Shown: positions 10,405-21,232, counted from the stretch's first letter. The stretch: DNA of 64,000 nucleotides from Gemmatimonadaceae bacterium (GCA_051859245.1 JBHYGA010000005.1:32001-96000); one strand, 5' to 3'. Translations and numbers: made by a program. Notes: a model not told the origin generated them from the letters alone.

Positions 10405-11313
10405 TCAGACGCCAGCGGCCTGCACTTGCTCCCACGCGTGATAACTGGAACGCACGAGCGGTCCGCTTTCGACGTGTTTGAAGCCCATGCCCATGCCGAC
10501 TTCACGAAACATCTTGAACTCGTCGGGCGTGACAAAACGATCGAGTGCGATGTGTCCGTCAGACGGACGGAGATACTGACCCAACGTGAGAATGTCGACG
10601 TCGACCTCACGCAGATCTTTCATCACTTCAATGACTTCTTCGTTCGTTTCGCCCATGCCAAGAATGATGCCCGTTTTGGTGGGAATCGTGGGGGCGATGC
10701 GCTTGGCCGTACGGAAAATGTTCATCACGCGCTCGTACCGTCCGCCCGGACGGGCCTTCTTGTACAATCGTGGTACGGTCTCGGTGTTGTGATTGTAGAT
10801 CTCGGGGCGCGCTTCAAGGACCGCGCGAATCGAATCTTCATTGCCCTGAAAATCGGGCACGAGCACTTCTACCGAACAGCCCGGCAGACGCTGATGAATC
10901 TGCCGGATGGTTTCGGCAAAGATGTACGCGCCAAAGTCGGGCAGGTCGTCGCGATCAACCGACGTGATCACCGCGTGACGCAGTCCCAGCTGCGCGACCG
11001 CTTCGCCCACACGCTCGGGCTCGGCAATGTCATACGCCGGTGGACGACCGTGTGACACGGCGCAGTACGCACAGTTACGCGTGCAGACATCGCCGAGGAT
11101 CATGAACGTGGCGGTGCCATGCTCCCAGCATTCACCAATGTTGGGGCAGTGCGCTTCCTGGCAGACGGTGTGAAGGTTGAGTTCCTTCATCATCTGCGTG
11201 AGTCGCAGATACGTGGGTCCACCGGGCGCCTTGACCTTGAGCCATGATGGCTTGCGTTCCGGCAACGGGTCGCGGCGATGCCGCCCCATGATCTGATAAA
11301 GCTGTTCTGCCAT
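10405..11313 (-). CDS. lipA: Lipoyl synthase
   Basis: CQEAHCPNIGEC, radical SAM CTRNCAYC, C-terminal RSSY. Confidence 0.98.
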   Translation of the reverse strand: MAEQLYQIMGRHRRDPLPERKPSWLKVKAPGGPTYLRLTQMMKELNLHTVCQEAHCPNIGECWEHGTATFMILGDVCTRNCAYCAVSHGRPPAYDIAEPERVGEAVAQLGLRHAVITSVDRDDLPDFGAYIFAETIRQIHQRLPGCSVEVLVPDFQGNEDSIRAVLEARPEIYNHNTETVPRLYKKARPGGRYERVMNIFRTAKRIAPTIPTKTGIILGMGETNEEVIEVMKDLREVDVDILTLGQYLRPSDGHIALDRFVTPDEFKMFREVGMGMGFKHVESGPLVRSSYHAWEQVQAAGV

Positions 11314-11417
11314 GCGAAGTGCAGCGAATGGGTGACCACCGCCAAAGGCAATCTTCCAATGGCGATCGGCAAGGTACAGCCGGGGACAGAGAGCAACCAG
11401 ACGGCGTAACCGTTCAC

Positions 11418-11426
11418 TGGTATAAT
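11418..11426 (+). promoter_or_regulatory. Extended -10 promoter element (TGnTATAAT)
   Basis: Perfect TGGTATAAT in the divergent intergenic gap, upstream of the gene at 11563. Confidence 0.5.
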
Positions 11427-11562
11427 GAAGGTTAACGCAGTGAACGACTTGCTGTAGAGTTGCTGGCGCGAGCCGCGAAACTCAGGGCATGCGAGCCGCG
11501 TACGGGTGAATAGGCCCGCGAAATGGCGCGAGCTACTGGCAGAACTTCAGAGGGAACGGAAC

Positions 11563-11793
11563 ATGTTGCGCACCATCTTCGTGGTCGGCGCTATGGCGCT
11601 TCTCGGACTTGTGGCCTTGAAGCTGGTATTTGGCCTCATGGGCCCGCTCGTGGCGCTGCTCTTCTGGATCGCTGGTCTGGCTCTCAAGGTGGCCGTGCTG
11701 GGCTTCGTCGGCTACGTGGTCATTCGCCTGATCAGCCCCAACACCGCCCAGCGCCTCAAAGACCGCTGGAGCGGCTCCTCAAGCTCCTTCTGA
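11563..11793 (+). CDS. Small two-TM membrane protein (76 aa)
   Basis: Purine-rich RBS (GAGGGAACGGAAC) before the ATG; two hydrophobic helices. Confidence 0.75.
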   Translation: MLRTIFVVGAMALLGLVALKLVFGLMGPLVALLFWIAGLALKVAVLGFVGYVVIRLISPNTAQRLKDRWSGSSSSF

Positions 11794-13443
11794 GCTGCCG
11801 CCGGCGCCTTCGTCGCGCCGGCCAGCGTCTGATCCACCCTCGCGCGGCTCGCCCTCACCCGGCGAGCCGTTCGTGCGTTTGCGGCTGCCGCCTCGGCGGC
11901 CACGCCGGCTGCGACGACGCTTCCGGGCGGCTTCGTCCGCGTCGCCAGCGGTCACTTCCCCGTCGCCTGCCTCAGCACTGCCTTCGTCGGTCGAGCCAGC
12001 GTCGCTGTTGGAATCGGCGGTACGCGAACGCCCCTGACGCGGCTGGTCCGGTTCGGCCCCGGTATCAGAATCGTCGGCTCCTTCAGCGGCATCCGCACCG
12101 TTCGTTGACCGTCCCTCACCGCGGCGACGCCGTCCTCGGCGTGACCGCTTGCGACGGGCTGGAGCGTCGCCGGTGGCCTCAGCGCTGAGCGCTGTTGGGC
12201 CATCCGAGGCGTCGTCGTTACCCGCGTCGTCTCCGTCTTCGCGCCCCGTGTTCTGCGGCTGCGAACGCTCGGCGTTTGCGGCATCTAACTGGCCGCCGGT
12301 CTCGGCGTCATCTCCGCCATTTCGCGGCGGCGCCGAACGATCTTTTCGTGCACCCCGTTTGCGACGCTTGCGAGCCGGACGCGGCGCGGCGTCCGAATCG
12401 GTCGCATTCGCGACGGATTCCGCGTCGGTCGTGATAGGGGCCAGCAATGCGGACTCCACGCGCGGCGCGCCCTCGTCACGTGCGACGCGCTCGCGTGGTT
12501 GCCGATCCCGGGGCGGACGCTCGCGCGTCGGGCGTTCGTTCGTGGCCCGTTCGTTCGTTGCTCGGTCGTTCGTGGCGCGGTCGTGTGTTGCTCGTTCGCG
12601 CGCAGGTCGTTCGCGAGGCGAACGCTCGCGGGCTGGCCGTTCCACCACATCGGGCGCCGTCGGTTCGTCTGTCTCCACGACTTCCACCGCGCGCGCAATC
12701 ACCTTGGCGGCGACACGCTGTCCACGGCGACTCCATCCCCACTTGGCGAGCGCGATTGCGTCGGGCCATGCCGTGCGACGCGTTTCGCGGGTGCGCACGG
12801 TGAACGTGGGTGTGACAGGGATGGTCTCCACACGACGCGCGTGTGGTGCCGTGCGGAGAAGAAAATCGGCGTTGGCCGACCACGCATCGCCAGACACAAT
12901 GGGCGTATCACCAGCGGCCTTGATCAGGTCGCGCAACACCGCAATGCGCACCAACCGAAAGCTCGTGGTGAGATCACGTACATCACTGATGCCCACAAAC
13001 GGTCGCAGGACCCAACGCGACGCCTGCCACAGACGACGCACCGACTTGGGCGCGTCGCCAGACGACACACGCTCACCAATCACCAGATCGGCGCCGCCTT
13101 CGAAGCGGCGCAGGAACTCCGGGACGAGCGCTGGCGGATCGGTGAAGTCGCCTTGCAAGAGCAGCAGCGCGTCGCGCCGTGGATAACGCGTGGTACGCGC
13201 AACATGGCGCACGAGGGCGTCAGTCGCGCCAGCGTAACCCAATCGCTGTGTGCCGCGAATCACCGTGAGGGGTAATACACGGGAGTAGGGCGCGAGTGTG
13301 TCCGCGGTCTGATCGGTACTCGCGTCGTCATAGACCACGACTTCATACTCCCGCGAGACTTCTGCGAGCACGCTGCGCAGACGCCAAAGCAGGACGCCGA
13401 TCGTGGTGGCCTCGTTATACGCAGGAATGCCGATGTAGAGCAC
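11779..13443 (-). CDS. GT2 glycosyltransferase (DPM1/GtrB-like) with long disordered Arg/Asp/Glu-rich C-terminal tail
   Basis: GTG start giving VLYIGIPAYNE; VVYDDASTD; GADLVIGER. The ORF-track extension to 14352 overlaps the opposite-strand gene. Confidence 0.85.
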   Translation of the reverse strand: MLYIGIPAYNEATTIGVLLWRLRSVLAEVSREYEVVVYDDASTDQTADTLAPYSRVLPLTVIRGTQRLGYAGATDALVRHVARTTRYPRRDALLLLQGDFTDPPALVPEFLRRFEGGADLVIGERVSSGDAPKSVRRLWQASRWVLRPFVGISDVRDLTTSFRLVRIAVLRDLIKAAGDTPIVSGDAWSANADFLLRTAPHARRVETIPVTPTFTVRTRETRRTAWPDAIALAKWGWSRRGQRVAAKVIARAVEVVETDEPTAPDVVERPARERSPRERPARERATHDRATNDRATNERATNERPTRERPPRDRQPRERVARDEGAPRVESALLAPITTDAESVANATDSDAAPRPARKRRKRGARKDRSAPPRNGGDDAETGGQLDAANAERSQPQNTGREDGDDAGNDDASDGPTALSAEATGDAPARRKRSRRGRRRRGEGRSTNGADAAEGADDSDTGAEPDQPRQGRSRTADSNSDAGSTDEGSAEAGDGEVTAGDADEAARKRRRSRRGRRGGSRKRTNGSPGEGEPREGGSDAGRRDEGAGGSSEGA

Positions 13444-13571
13444 GCAGGACGGGTTGACGGGTCGGACGAAATGACGCGATTCTCTTACAAGCGTCCGATA
13501 ATAACAGGTATAGTGGCGCCGCGGGGCATCCGTGCTCGCGGCGAGACCGTTCAAGCTTCTGGAGGAATGCC

Positions 13572-14303
13572 ATGATGCTCGCGAACGTACGGTCCCAGTT
13601 GGGACGGGAGGATGCGCAGCTTGTGCTGCGCTTATTGTCTCGTGGCGGGGCCGAGGCCTCGCGATCGGCCGAGGCCATGCTGGCCGATCAGGGCCTTGAC
13701 CCACTGCTGGACGATCCGGAGCTGCTCCGCGCCCTGATCGAGGCCAGACAGTCGGCCCACGCGTCGCTCCCGCTGTTTTGTTACGTGGTGGTGCGACACG
13801 CCCTCCGGCGCACCGGCGCGGAGAGCCGGAGCTTGGCCGATTACGTGGCCAGCGTGCTGCTGCACTTTGGGCTGCGCGAGCGCGCCCGGCGAATTGCCGA
13901 CAGTGACGACCAGACCTACGACACGGTGGCTCGCATTGCCGAAGATATCGACAGCGCCGACGCGGAGCGTGCTTTTCTCGCCCGTGCGCACCTGGGCAAC
14001 TACGCGCTGTGGCTGAGCGGTCTGTTCCCTGACCACATTGAACATCGGCGCTGGCGTCGCGGTGGCCCCAATCTGGAGTATTACGAAACAATGGGGCAGC
14101 GGGGCTTTCGCCTCGCGGCTGACCACCGGCTGGCGGGACGCCACGGCCTGGCGCCGCTCTACGGCGCGGCCGCCGAGGCGTTCCCGAAAATGCGCCGCGC
14201 CCTGAACGCGGTGAGTGATTCGCTGCTCTTTCGGCACGTGCATTCGCCGGAACGTCTGATGCGTCAGGTGCGCGACGCCTTTGAGAGCGACCAACTGAGC
14301 TGA
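13572..14303 (+). CDS. Hypothetical alpha-helical protein (243 aa)
   Basis: GGAGG RBS, natural amino-acid composition, LGNYALWLSGLFPD...YYETMGQRGF motif; divergent from the GT2 gene. Confidence 0.8.
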   Translation: MMLANVRSQLGREDAQLVLRLLSRGGAEASRSAEAMLADQGLDPLLDDPELLRALIEARQSAHASLPLFCYVVVRHALRRTGAESRSLADYVASVLLHFGLRERARRIADSDDQTYDTVARIAEDIDSADAERAFLARAHLGNYALWLSGLFPDHIEHRRWRRGGPNLEYYETMGQRGFRLAADHRLAGRHGLAPLYGAAAEAFPKMRRALNAVSDSLLFRHVHSPERLMRQVRDAFESDQLS

Positions 14304-14460
14304 GTCGGGGTATATATGCGGATAAGCTGGTCTGTGGCGATCGTGTTGCCACAGACGGCCGACCCGCGCTAAGCTGCCGCGGATATTCACAACGTGTGGC
14401 TCACCGTCGGGCCACTGCGACCGCGCGTCTTCGCGCCCCGACCGATCACCTGACCGCCCG

Positions 14461-15042
14461 ATGTTCGAACAGTTTCGAGATGCACTGCGTGGCATGAGTC
14501 GCGAGAGCGGCGCTACCGACAAGCGTGCCGCGATGTCGAGTATGAAAGACGCGCTCGTGCACGCAAAACTCGCGTTGCAGGATCTGCGCGAAGGTGTCGC
14601 GATCACGGAAAAGCGGTTGGGCAGTGAGCAGAAGGAATTGGATACCGCCACGCGCCGTCGAGCGATGGCGGCGCAGATTGATGACGCCGAGACCGTTGCC
14701 ATCGCTGACAAGTTTGTGGCGCAGCACGCGGAGAAAGTGCGCGTGCTTGAGCAGAAGCGCGCCGCACAGCTCGACGAGCTGTCGCTGGCGGAACGCGAGT
14801 ACGACGAGATGTCGCGCGAGCTCAAGCGTGCGATGGCGGGATTGCCGTTTGGCTCGGCCAGTCCCGAGAGCGTTGAAGCGTCGGCCATGCGCGAAGTCGA
14901 AGAAGCGCTCGGCGAACGACAGGCGGCCGCCGAAACCGCCGAGCTGAACGCGATGGCTCGGGCGCGAGCGCGTGAGGCGCGTGAGGCGGATGCAACGGAA
15001 CGACTGGCGGCGCTCAAGCGACAGCTCGGCAAGGAGCCGTGA
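14461..15042 (+). CDS. PspA/IM30-like coiled-coil protein
   Basis: Continuous heptad coiled coil; PspA-like C-terminus ERLAALKRQLGK. Confidence 0.6.
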   Translation: MFEQFRDALRGMSRESGATDKRAAMSSMKDALVHAKLALQDLREGVAITEKRLGSEQKELDTATRRRAMAAQIDDAETVAIADKFVAQHAEKVRVLEQKRAAQLDELSLAEREYDEMSRELKRAMAGLPFGSASPESVEASAMREVEEALGERQAAAETAELNAMARARAREAREADATERLAALKRQLGKEP

Positions 15043-16808
15043 ACTCTCGCAGTGCAGCTCGTGTGCGCGTGAAGGGAATGATGCGATGTGGTGGCATCGC
15101 GGCGATGGCTGCGTGTGTGTGCGGCAGCGTTGTACAGGCGCAAACGCCGCCGCTCGCGCCGCGTATTCCGGTGGTGTGCAACGGACAGCGCATCAGCAAC
15201 ATCGTGGTGCTCACGCAGCCGCCGTACACCGACAGACTTCCCAAGTCGCTCGACTTTGTGCGTCGAGGCATGGTCAAGTTTCACGCCAACACGCAGGACG
15301 ACGTGGTGCGTCGTTACCTGCTGTTTGGCGTTGGTGACGCGTGTACTGAGTTGGAGCGATCGGAATCTGAACGTATTCTGCGTGTGCAGCCGTTTCTGGT
15401 GGACGCAGACGTACGTGCGTTCTCCGATGGTGAAGGTGGCGTTGAACTGGAAGTCGAAACGCGGGATGAATTTTCGGTGGTCGCCGGACTGCTCGTTTCC
15501 GGCGTCAGTCCGGTGGTGCGCGGCGTGACCATGGGCGAGAGCAATCTTGCCGGCCAGGCTATCTATTCGGCGGTGCGTTGGCGCGACGGCGGTGCGTACG
15601 ATGATTTGTACGGTGCGCGTGTCGTGGATCATCAGTTCATGGGGCAGCGCAATATCGGTCGGCTGTTTGGCGAACGTTCCATTCGTGGTCACGAATACGG
15701 CGCCGAAATACTGCGTCCGTACTACACAGACCTGCAGCGGTTCGCGTGGCACGGCGCATATGGCAGCAAGCGCGACTACATTCGGTTCGCGCGTGAAGAC
15801 GAAGCGAACGTTGGACTCGCACAGCAGCGCGACTTTGGTGATCTCGGCGCGGTGTTCCGCATCGGTGAACCGGGTCGACTGAAACTGCTCGGCGCGTCGC
15901 TCTCGCACGAACAAGACAATGTGTCGTCGCAGCCCGTGATCATGGATGTCACCGGATTCCGGGAGGACACACTCGCCAGCACGTTCCCCGATATCTACCG
16001 CTCGGCCCGCGTCACGCGCGTGAACGCGCTGGCTGGAATGCGTCGATTGTCATTCATGCGCGTCGAAGGTTTTGACGCCCTCACCGGTGTGCAGGACGTG
16101 CGCAAGGGTGTGCAAACCGCGCTCACGCTCGGCCGTTCGATCGGCATTCTGAATGGTCGCGACCGGGATTTGTTTGTGCGCTATGACGTGTATGCGGGTG
16201 GTGGCTCGCCCAAGAATTTCCTTGGGTTTGAAACGCTCACCGAGGCCCGTCGCGACGCGAACACGCGCGAGTGGGATGGCGTGATTACGAGCGGTCGTGT
16301 GGCGTGGTATCTCAAGCCGTGGCGGAATCAGCTTACACTCACATCACTCGATTGGGGTGGTGGCTGGAACGTACGCGTTCCGTATCAGCTCACATTCGGT
16401 GATCGAGACGGCGGATTGCTCGGCTACCGAAACTCACGTCTCGGCGGCGCGCATCGCGCTGTGCTGCGCGTGGAGCAACGCTGGTTGCCCACGCCACGCA
16501 CAACCGTTGGCGATCTGGGCGTCACGTTCTTTGCCGACGTTGGGAAGCTCTGGTCCGGCGAGGTGCCGTACGCTACACAATCCAGCGTGCGCGGAACGGT
16601 GGGCGTTGGCGTGCTGGCGGCGGTGCCGCGTCGTTCTCGTCGACTGTGGCGCCTGGATTTCGGGTTGCCCGTGGGCGGTGATCCGAACGCGAAGTTTGAA
16701 GTGCGCATCAGCAGCGTTGATCGCACGCGCGTGTTCTGGCGTGAGCCGCTCGACCTCAACACGGCACGCGAACGTGCCGTGCCGTCAAGTTTGTTCAGCT
16801 GGCCGTAG
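15039..16808 (+). CDS. Omp85/BamA-like outer-membrane beta-barrel with POTRA-like domain
   Basis: Signal peptide (VQA-Q), ESERILRVQPFLVDADV POTRA-like segment, amphipathic strands, FFADVGKLW; GTGA overlap with the upstream stop. Confidence 0.7.
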   Translation: MNSRSAARVRVKGMMRCGGIAAMAACVCGSVVQAQTPPLAPRIPVVCNGQRISNIVVLTQPPYTDRLPKSLDFVRRGMVKFHANTQDDVVRRYLLFGVGDACTELERSESERILRVQPFLVDADVRAFSDGEGGVELEVETRDEFSVVAGLLVSGVSPVVRGVTMGESNLAGQAIYSAVRWRDGGAYDDLYGARVVDHQFMGQRNIGRLFGERSIRGHEYGAEILRPYYTDLQRFAWHGAYGSKRDYIRFAREDEANVGLAQQRDFGDLGAVFRIGEPGRLKLLGASLSHEQDNVSSQPVIMDVTGFREDTLASTFPDIYRSARVTRVNALAGMRRLSFMRVEGFDALTGVQDVRKGVQTALTLGRSIGILNGRDRDLFVRYDVYAGGGSPKNFLGFETLTEARRDANTREWDGVITSGRVAWYLKPWRNQLTLTSLDWGGGWNVRVPYQLTFGDRDGGLLGYRNSRLGGAHRAVLRVEQRWLPTPRTTVGDLGVTFFADVGKLWSGEVPYATQSSVRGTVGVGVLAAVPRRSRRLWRLDFGLPVGGDPNAKFEVRISSVDRTRVFWREPLDLNTARERAVPSSLFSWP

Positions 16809-16862
16809 AACACGCAGTAACGAGCGGCGTGTAATCAGCCGCTCGTCTACGGAGCGTTATCG

Positions 16863-18413
16863 CTACTTCACGCCACTCATCATGCGGCGTACGGGCACAA
16901 TCAGTGCGCCAAGAATCGCCGTGGCTATGAAGAGCGACATGGTGGTGATCGTGAAGAGTTTGGGCATTTGCTCAAGCTTTTCCGGATCCACGTTGCCACC
17001 AACGAGGCCGCCAATCAGGTTGCCGAGTGCCGAGGCAAGGAACCAGATACCCATCATCTGACCAACGAACTTACGCGGCGAGAGCTTGGTCATTGAGGAC
17101 AGGCCCACGGGGCTCAAACACAACTCGCCAAGCGTCTGAAAGAAGTAGCTGGCCACCAGCCACCACGGCGAAACAAGCACCGTACCGCCGCTCGCGACCA
17201 CCGTGTTGGCGGCGAAGATCATGATGAAGAAGCCGATACCCGCCAGAAACAGACCGAGTGCAAACTTGGCGGGACTCGAAAGATCGATGCCACGTTTGCC
17301 AAGTCCGGTCCAGATCACGGCGAAAATCGGCGCGCACAAAATGATGAAGCCCGAGTTCACCGACTGGAACCAGGTGGCAGGAATCGTGAAGCCTCCAACA
17401 ACACGATCGGTAAAGTCTCGCGCGAACAGGTTGAGCGATGTGGGCGCCTGCTCAAACGCTGACCAGAAAATCGCGGCGAAGATGAACAGCACCACGATTA
17501 CTGCGACACGTTTCTTCTCGTCGCTGTTCAAGCCCCCGGCCGCGAATACGTAACCAAAGAACGCGACCGCGAGACCGACCAGCACAAACGTCATGTAGCC
17601 GCCGAGCACCTGCGCGTCGAGCGTGATGATGCCTGTTGCTGCCAATACGAACACGACCGCAATCAGTCCGAGTCCTGCACCGGTGGCGAGCTTCACCTGC
17701 GATTCCTGTTGCGCCTGCAACACCGGATCGGCGTTACGCGTGGGCAGCACACCAATCGGACCGAGTGTTTTGTTCGCGCTCAGCCAATACACAATGAGAC
17801 CAATGAACATGCCCACGCCGGCCGCACCAAAGCCGTAGTGCCAGCCAACCGCCTCACCGAGAATGCCCGTGATCAACTGTCCGGCAAACGCGCCGAGGTT
17901 GATACCCATGTAGAAAATCGAGAAGCCAGCGTCGCGACGCGCACCACCTTCTGGATACAGATCACCCACGATCGCCGAGATGTTCGGCTTGAGCAGACCG
18001 GTACCGAGCACAATGAGGATCAGGCCCAGAAAGAAAAACACCTTGCCCAGATCGGCGCCTGCAAACCCCGACAATCCGATGGATAGGTGGCCGAGCGTAA
18101 TCAGTACGGCGCCAATGAAGATCGCGCGTCGCAATCCGAGCAGACGATCCGCAATCCATCCGCCCGGCAGCGACGCCACGTACACGAACGCGCCATAAAT
18201 GCCGACAATCGCCGACGCCTGTCCGCGGTCAAAACCAAAGCCGCCTTCCGCAAGCGCCGCTGCCATGAAGAGCACGAGCAGCGGACGCAGGCCGTAGAAC
18301 GAAAACCGTTCCCACGTCTCGGTGAAGAACAGCGTGGCGAGGCCGCGGGGGTGGCCGAAAAACTTGGTGTCCCGTACGTACGGCGTGGGATCAGAAGACG
18401 TGACCTTGGACAT
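16863..18413 (-). CDS. Proton-dependent oligopeptide transporter (POT/PTR, MFS)
   Basis: GHPRGL, ETWERFSFYG (ExxERF), GTGLLKPNI, FSIFYMGINLG. Confidence 0.96.
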   Translation of the reverse strand: MSKVTSSDPTPYVRDTKFFGHPRGLATLFFTETWERFSFYGLRPLLVLFMAAALAEGGFGFDRGQASAIVGIYGAFVYVASLPGGWIADRLLGLRRAIFIGAVLITLGHLSIGLSGFAGADLGKVFFFLGLILIVLGTGLLKPNISAIVGDLYPEGGARRDAGFSIFYMGINLGAFAGQLITGILGEAVGWHYGFGAAGVGMFIGLIVYWLSANKTLGPIGVLPTRNADPVLQAQQESQVKLATGAGLGLIAVVFVLAATGIITLDAQVLGGYMTFVLVGLAVAFFGYVFAAGGLNSDEKKRVAVIVVLFIFAAIFWSAFEQAPTSLNLFARDFTDRVVGGFTIPATWFQSVNSGFIILCAPIFAVIWTGLGKRGIDLSSPAKFALGLFLAGIGFFIMIFAANTVVASGGTVLVSPWWLVASYFFQTLGELCLSPVGLSSMTKLSPRKFVGQMMGIWFLASALGNLIGGLVGGNVDPEKLEQMPKLFTITTMSLFIATAILGALIVPVRRMMSGVK

Positions 18414-19420
18414 CAGGCGGGGGCGAGAGTGGACGCGGCGGGAAGGGTGACCGGAACCTTGTGACAGGCAACCCAGTGGGCAGGACTCTTCTCTTCAAGG
18501 GCCGGCACGCGGGCCGAGCACTCCAGATCCTTGAGCGGATGCGAACATCGTGGATGAAACACGCAACCGGACGGAGGGTTCGCCGGTGACGGCGGATCGC
18601 CCGCCAATAGTATGCGCGTGCGCACCCTCCCCGGCTCCGGAACCGGCACCGCGGAGAGCAGCGCCTGCGTGTACGGCATTTGCGCCGAGGCAAAGAGCGA
18701 GGCACGCGTAGCGAGTTCGACGAGGCGTCCCAGATACATCACAGCGACACGATCGGCCATGTGCGAGACGACCGCGAGATCATGCGCAATGAACAGGTAC
18801 GCCAGCCCGCGGTCGCGCTGCAAATCGCGAAGCAGATTCACCACCTGCGCCTGAACGCTCACGTCGAGTGCGGAGACTGGTTCATCACACACAATGAACT
18901 TCGGCTCAACGGCGAGCGCGCGTGCAATTCCAACACGCTGTCGCTGCCCACCAGAGAACTCATGCGGATATCGCGACGCGTACTCAGCGCGCAGTCCGAC
19001 TTCATCGAGCAACTGCGCCACGCGCTGATCGGCCGCCGCTCCGCTGGCGATGTTGTGCACGATCAGCCCTTCGCGAATCGCGGCGCCAATAGTGAGCCGC
19101 GGATTGAGTGAGCCGAACGGATCCTGAAACACGATCTGCATGTGGCGTCGCAGCTTGCGCAATGTTTCACCGCGCAGTGCGAGCACGTCGGTGTTGTCAA
19201 AACGCACGGAACCACTCGTGGGCTCAACAAGTCGCAAGATGGAACGCCCGGTGGTTGTTTTTCCGCAACCGGATTCGCCTACCAGCGCGAGCGTTTCGCC
19301 AGCGTGCACGTCGAACGAAACGCCGTCGACCGCTTTCACAGTGCCCGCATCCCGACGAAACAACCCACGCCGGATCGGAAAGTGTTTGGTCAGATTCCGC
19401 ACTTCAAGCAATGCCGTCAT
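18413..19420 (-). CDS. oppF: Oligopeptide ABC transporter ATP-binding protein (OppF/DppF)
   Basis: [24 protein letters not shown], Cys-rich C-terminal domain; start MTALLEV. Confidence 0.93.
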   Translation of the reverse strand: MTALLEVRNLTKHFPIRRGLFRRDAGTVKAVDGVSFDVHAGETLALVGESGCGKTTTGRSILRLVEPTSGSVRFDNTDVLALRGETLRKLRRHMQIVFQDPFGSLNPRLTIGAAIREGLIVHNIASGAAADQRVAQLLDEVGLRAEYASRYPHEFSGGQRQRVGIARALAVEPKFIVCDEPVSALDVSVQAQVVNLLRDLQRDRGLAYLFIAHDLAVVSHMADRVAVMYLGRLVELATRASLFASAQMPYTQALLSAVPVPEPGRVRTRILLAGDPPSPANPPSGCVFHPRCSHPLKDLECSARVPALEEKSPAHWVACHKVPVTLPAASTLAPA

Positions 19421-20418
19421 GTGCGTCGGCGCTCGGGTTCCTGCACCAGATGACAACGCACGCGATGTGCGGTTTCTACTTGTACCAGTGCCGGTGCGTC
19501 GGTGGCGCAGCGTTCCCACGCGTGCTCGCAGCGATCGCGGAAACGGCATCCGGATGGCCACGCCGTTGGTGGCGGCACGGTACCGGGAATCGTGCGCAGT
19601 CGCTCATGCGCCGGTTCCGCGGCGCGCGCGAGCGACGGCACTGCTGCCAGCAATCCTTCCGTGTACGGATGAATGGGCCGCGCAAACAGTGATTCCACCG
19701 GTGCTTCTTCCACCACTTCGCCAGCGTACATCACCAACACGCGTGACGCCATTTCAGCCACGACTCCCAGATCGTGCGTAATGAGCAGCACGGCCATACC
19801 GATGCGTTCGCGCAGCTCTCGCAGCAGCTCGAGAATCTGCGCTTGAATCGTGACATCGAGCGCCGTGGTTGGTTCGTCGGCAATCACCAATGCGGGATCG
19901 AGCACCAGCGCCATGGCAATCATCACGCGCTGTCGCATGCCGCCGGAGAGCTCGTGCGGATACTGCGACGCGCGTGCGGCCGCGTCGGGGATTCCCACGC
20001 GCGCCAACATGGCCACCGCCAGCGCCCAGGCTTCACTGCGCGAGCGTGTCGTGTGCACCCGCACCACTTCGGCCACCTGATCGCCCACGGTGAGCACAGG
20101 ATTAAGCGCCGTCATAGGCTCCTGAAAGATCATGGCCATGCGACGCCCGCGCACGGCCCGCAGTTCACGCTCCGGAATCGTGAGCATGTCTGCGCCCTCA
20201 AACTCCACGCGGCTCGACGGGCCGAGCTTGCCGCCCGCCGGAATCAATCGCAGCAGCGAGAGCGCCGTGAGTGATTTGCCGCAGCCCGATTCTCCCACGA
20301 GCCCCACGGTTTCACCCGCGCTCACGGTGAACGACACCCCGTCGACTGCACGCGCCACGCCTGCGTCGGTTTGAAACGACACACGCAAATCGTTGACAGA
20401 GAGCAGGGGGCTGGTCAC
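19417..20418 (-). CDS. oppD: Oligopeptide ABC transporter ATP-binding protein (OppD/DppD)
   Basis: [27 protein letters not shown] start overlapping the oppC stop. Confidence 0.93.
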   Translation of the reverse strand: MTSPLLSVNDLRVSFQTDAGVARAVDGVSFTVSAGETVGLVGESGCGKSLTALSLLRLIPAGGKLGPSSRVEFEGADMLTIPERELRAVRGRRMAMIFQEPMTALNPVLTVGDQVAEVVRVHTTRSRSEAWALAVAMLARVGIPDAAARASQYPHELSGGMRQRVMIAMALVLDPALVIADEPTTALDVTIQAQILELLRELRERIGMAVLLITHDLGVVAEMASRVLVMYAGEVVEEAPVESLFARPIHPYTEGLLAAVPSLARAAEPAHERLRTIPGTVPPPTAWPSGCRFRDRCEHAWERCATDAPALVQVETAHRVRCHLVQEPERRRT

Positions 20419-21230
20419 GCGGCAACCTGTCTCGGTGCGAGGGTTTCGCGCAAGGCGTCGCCGAGCGCATTGCAGGTGAGCACGGCGCTCACGATGGCCA
20501 ATCCGGGGAAAAGTGTGATCCACCAGCGCGACGAGACCAAAGCGCTGCCGTCACTCAGAATGCTCCCCCAGCTGGCCTGCGGCGGCTGTACGCCGAGTCC
20601 CAGAAAAGACAGCCCCGCTTCGAGCGCGATCGTGTGGGCAATACCGAGTGTGGCCGTGACCACCAGTGTGGGCCAGATGTGCGGCAGCACATGACGCCAC
20701 AACACGCGCACCTCGCTTGTCCCCACAGCTCGCGCGGCGATCACAAACTCGCGGTCTTTGAGCGCGAACACATCACCGCGTACGAGTCGCGCGACATCGT
20801 ACCAGCCGGTGAGGCCAAGCAGCAGCACCAGGCCGGAGAGTGGCAGTGCGCCCCAGAGCGCAGATACACATAGCAGCACGAGCACGCGCGGCACCGACAG
20901 CGCGACGTCGAGCAGTCGCATGAGTACCGCGTCGAGTCGACCACCGATCCATCCGGACAGTGCGCCGAAGAGTGCGCCCACGGTGGTTGCAATGGCGACG
21001 CTCAGGAGCGCCACCCCGAGCGAAACCCGCGTGCCGTGCAACACCCGGCTCAGCACATCTCGGCCACTGGGGTCGGTGCCAAACGGATGCGCCGCTGACG
21101 GTGGCTTGCTGGCGATCACACCTTCGGTTGGAATCGCGTTTGGTGCCTCGGGTGAGAGCCAGGGCGCGGCGGCGGCAATCACTACAAACACGATGAGTGC
21201 CGCGAACGGCCAGAAGAGGCGTCGCAACAC
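20415..21230 (-). CDS. oppC: Oligopeptide ABC transporter permease (OppC)
   Basis: HPFGTDPSGRDVLSR, EFVIAARAVG (EAA loop), LSFLGLG. Confidence 0.93.
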   Translation of the reverse strand: MLRRLFWPFAALIVFVVIAAAAPWLSPEAPNAIPTEGVIASKPPSAAHPFGTDPSGRDVLSRVLHGTRVSLGVALLSVAIATTVGALFGALSGWIGGRLDAVLMRLLDVALSVPRVLVLLCVSALWGALPLSGLVLLLGLTGWYDVARLVRGDVFALKDREFVIAARAVGTSEVRVLWRHVLPHIWPTLVVTATLGIAHTIALEAGLSFLGLGVQPPQASWGSILSDGSALVSSRWWITLFPGLAIVSAVLTCNALGDALRETLAPRQVAA

Positions 21231-21232
21231 GG

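Noticed and set aside
6870..11313. Missing E3 (lpdA) in the pdh operon, and missing gcvT near gcvP/gcvH
   Set aside because: Both are commonly encoded elsewhere; absence from one window is uninformative
13444..14352. N-terminal extension of the 857-aa GT2 ORF
   Set aside because: It overlaps the well-formed plus-strand gene 13572-14303; the GT2 domain begins at GTG 13443
13632..15914. 760-aa minus-strand ORF
   Set aside because: Antisense to three credible plus-strand genes; no recognisable motifs
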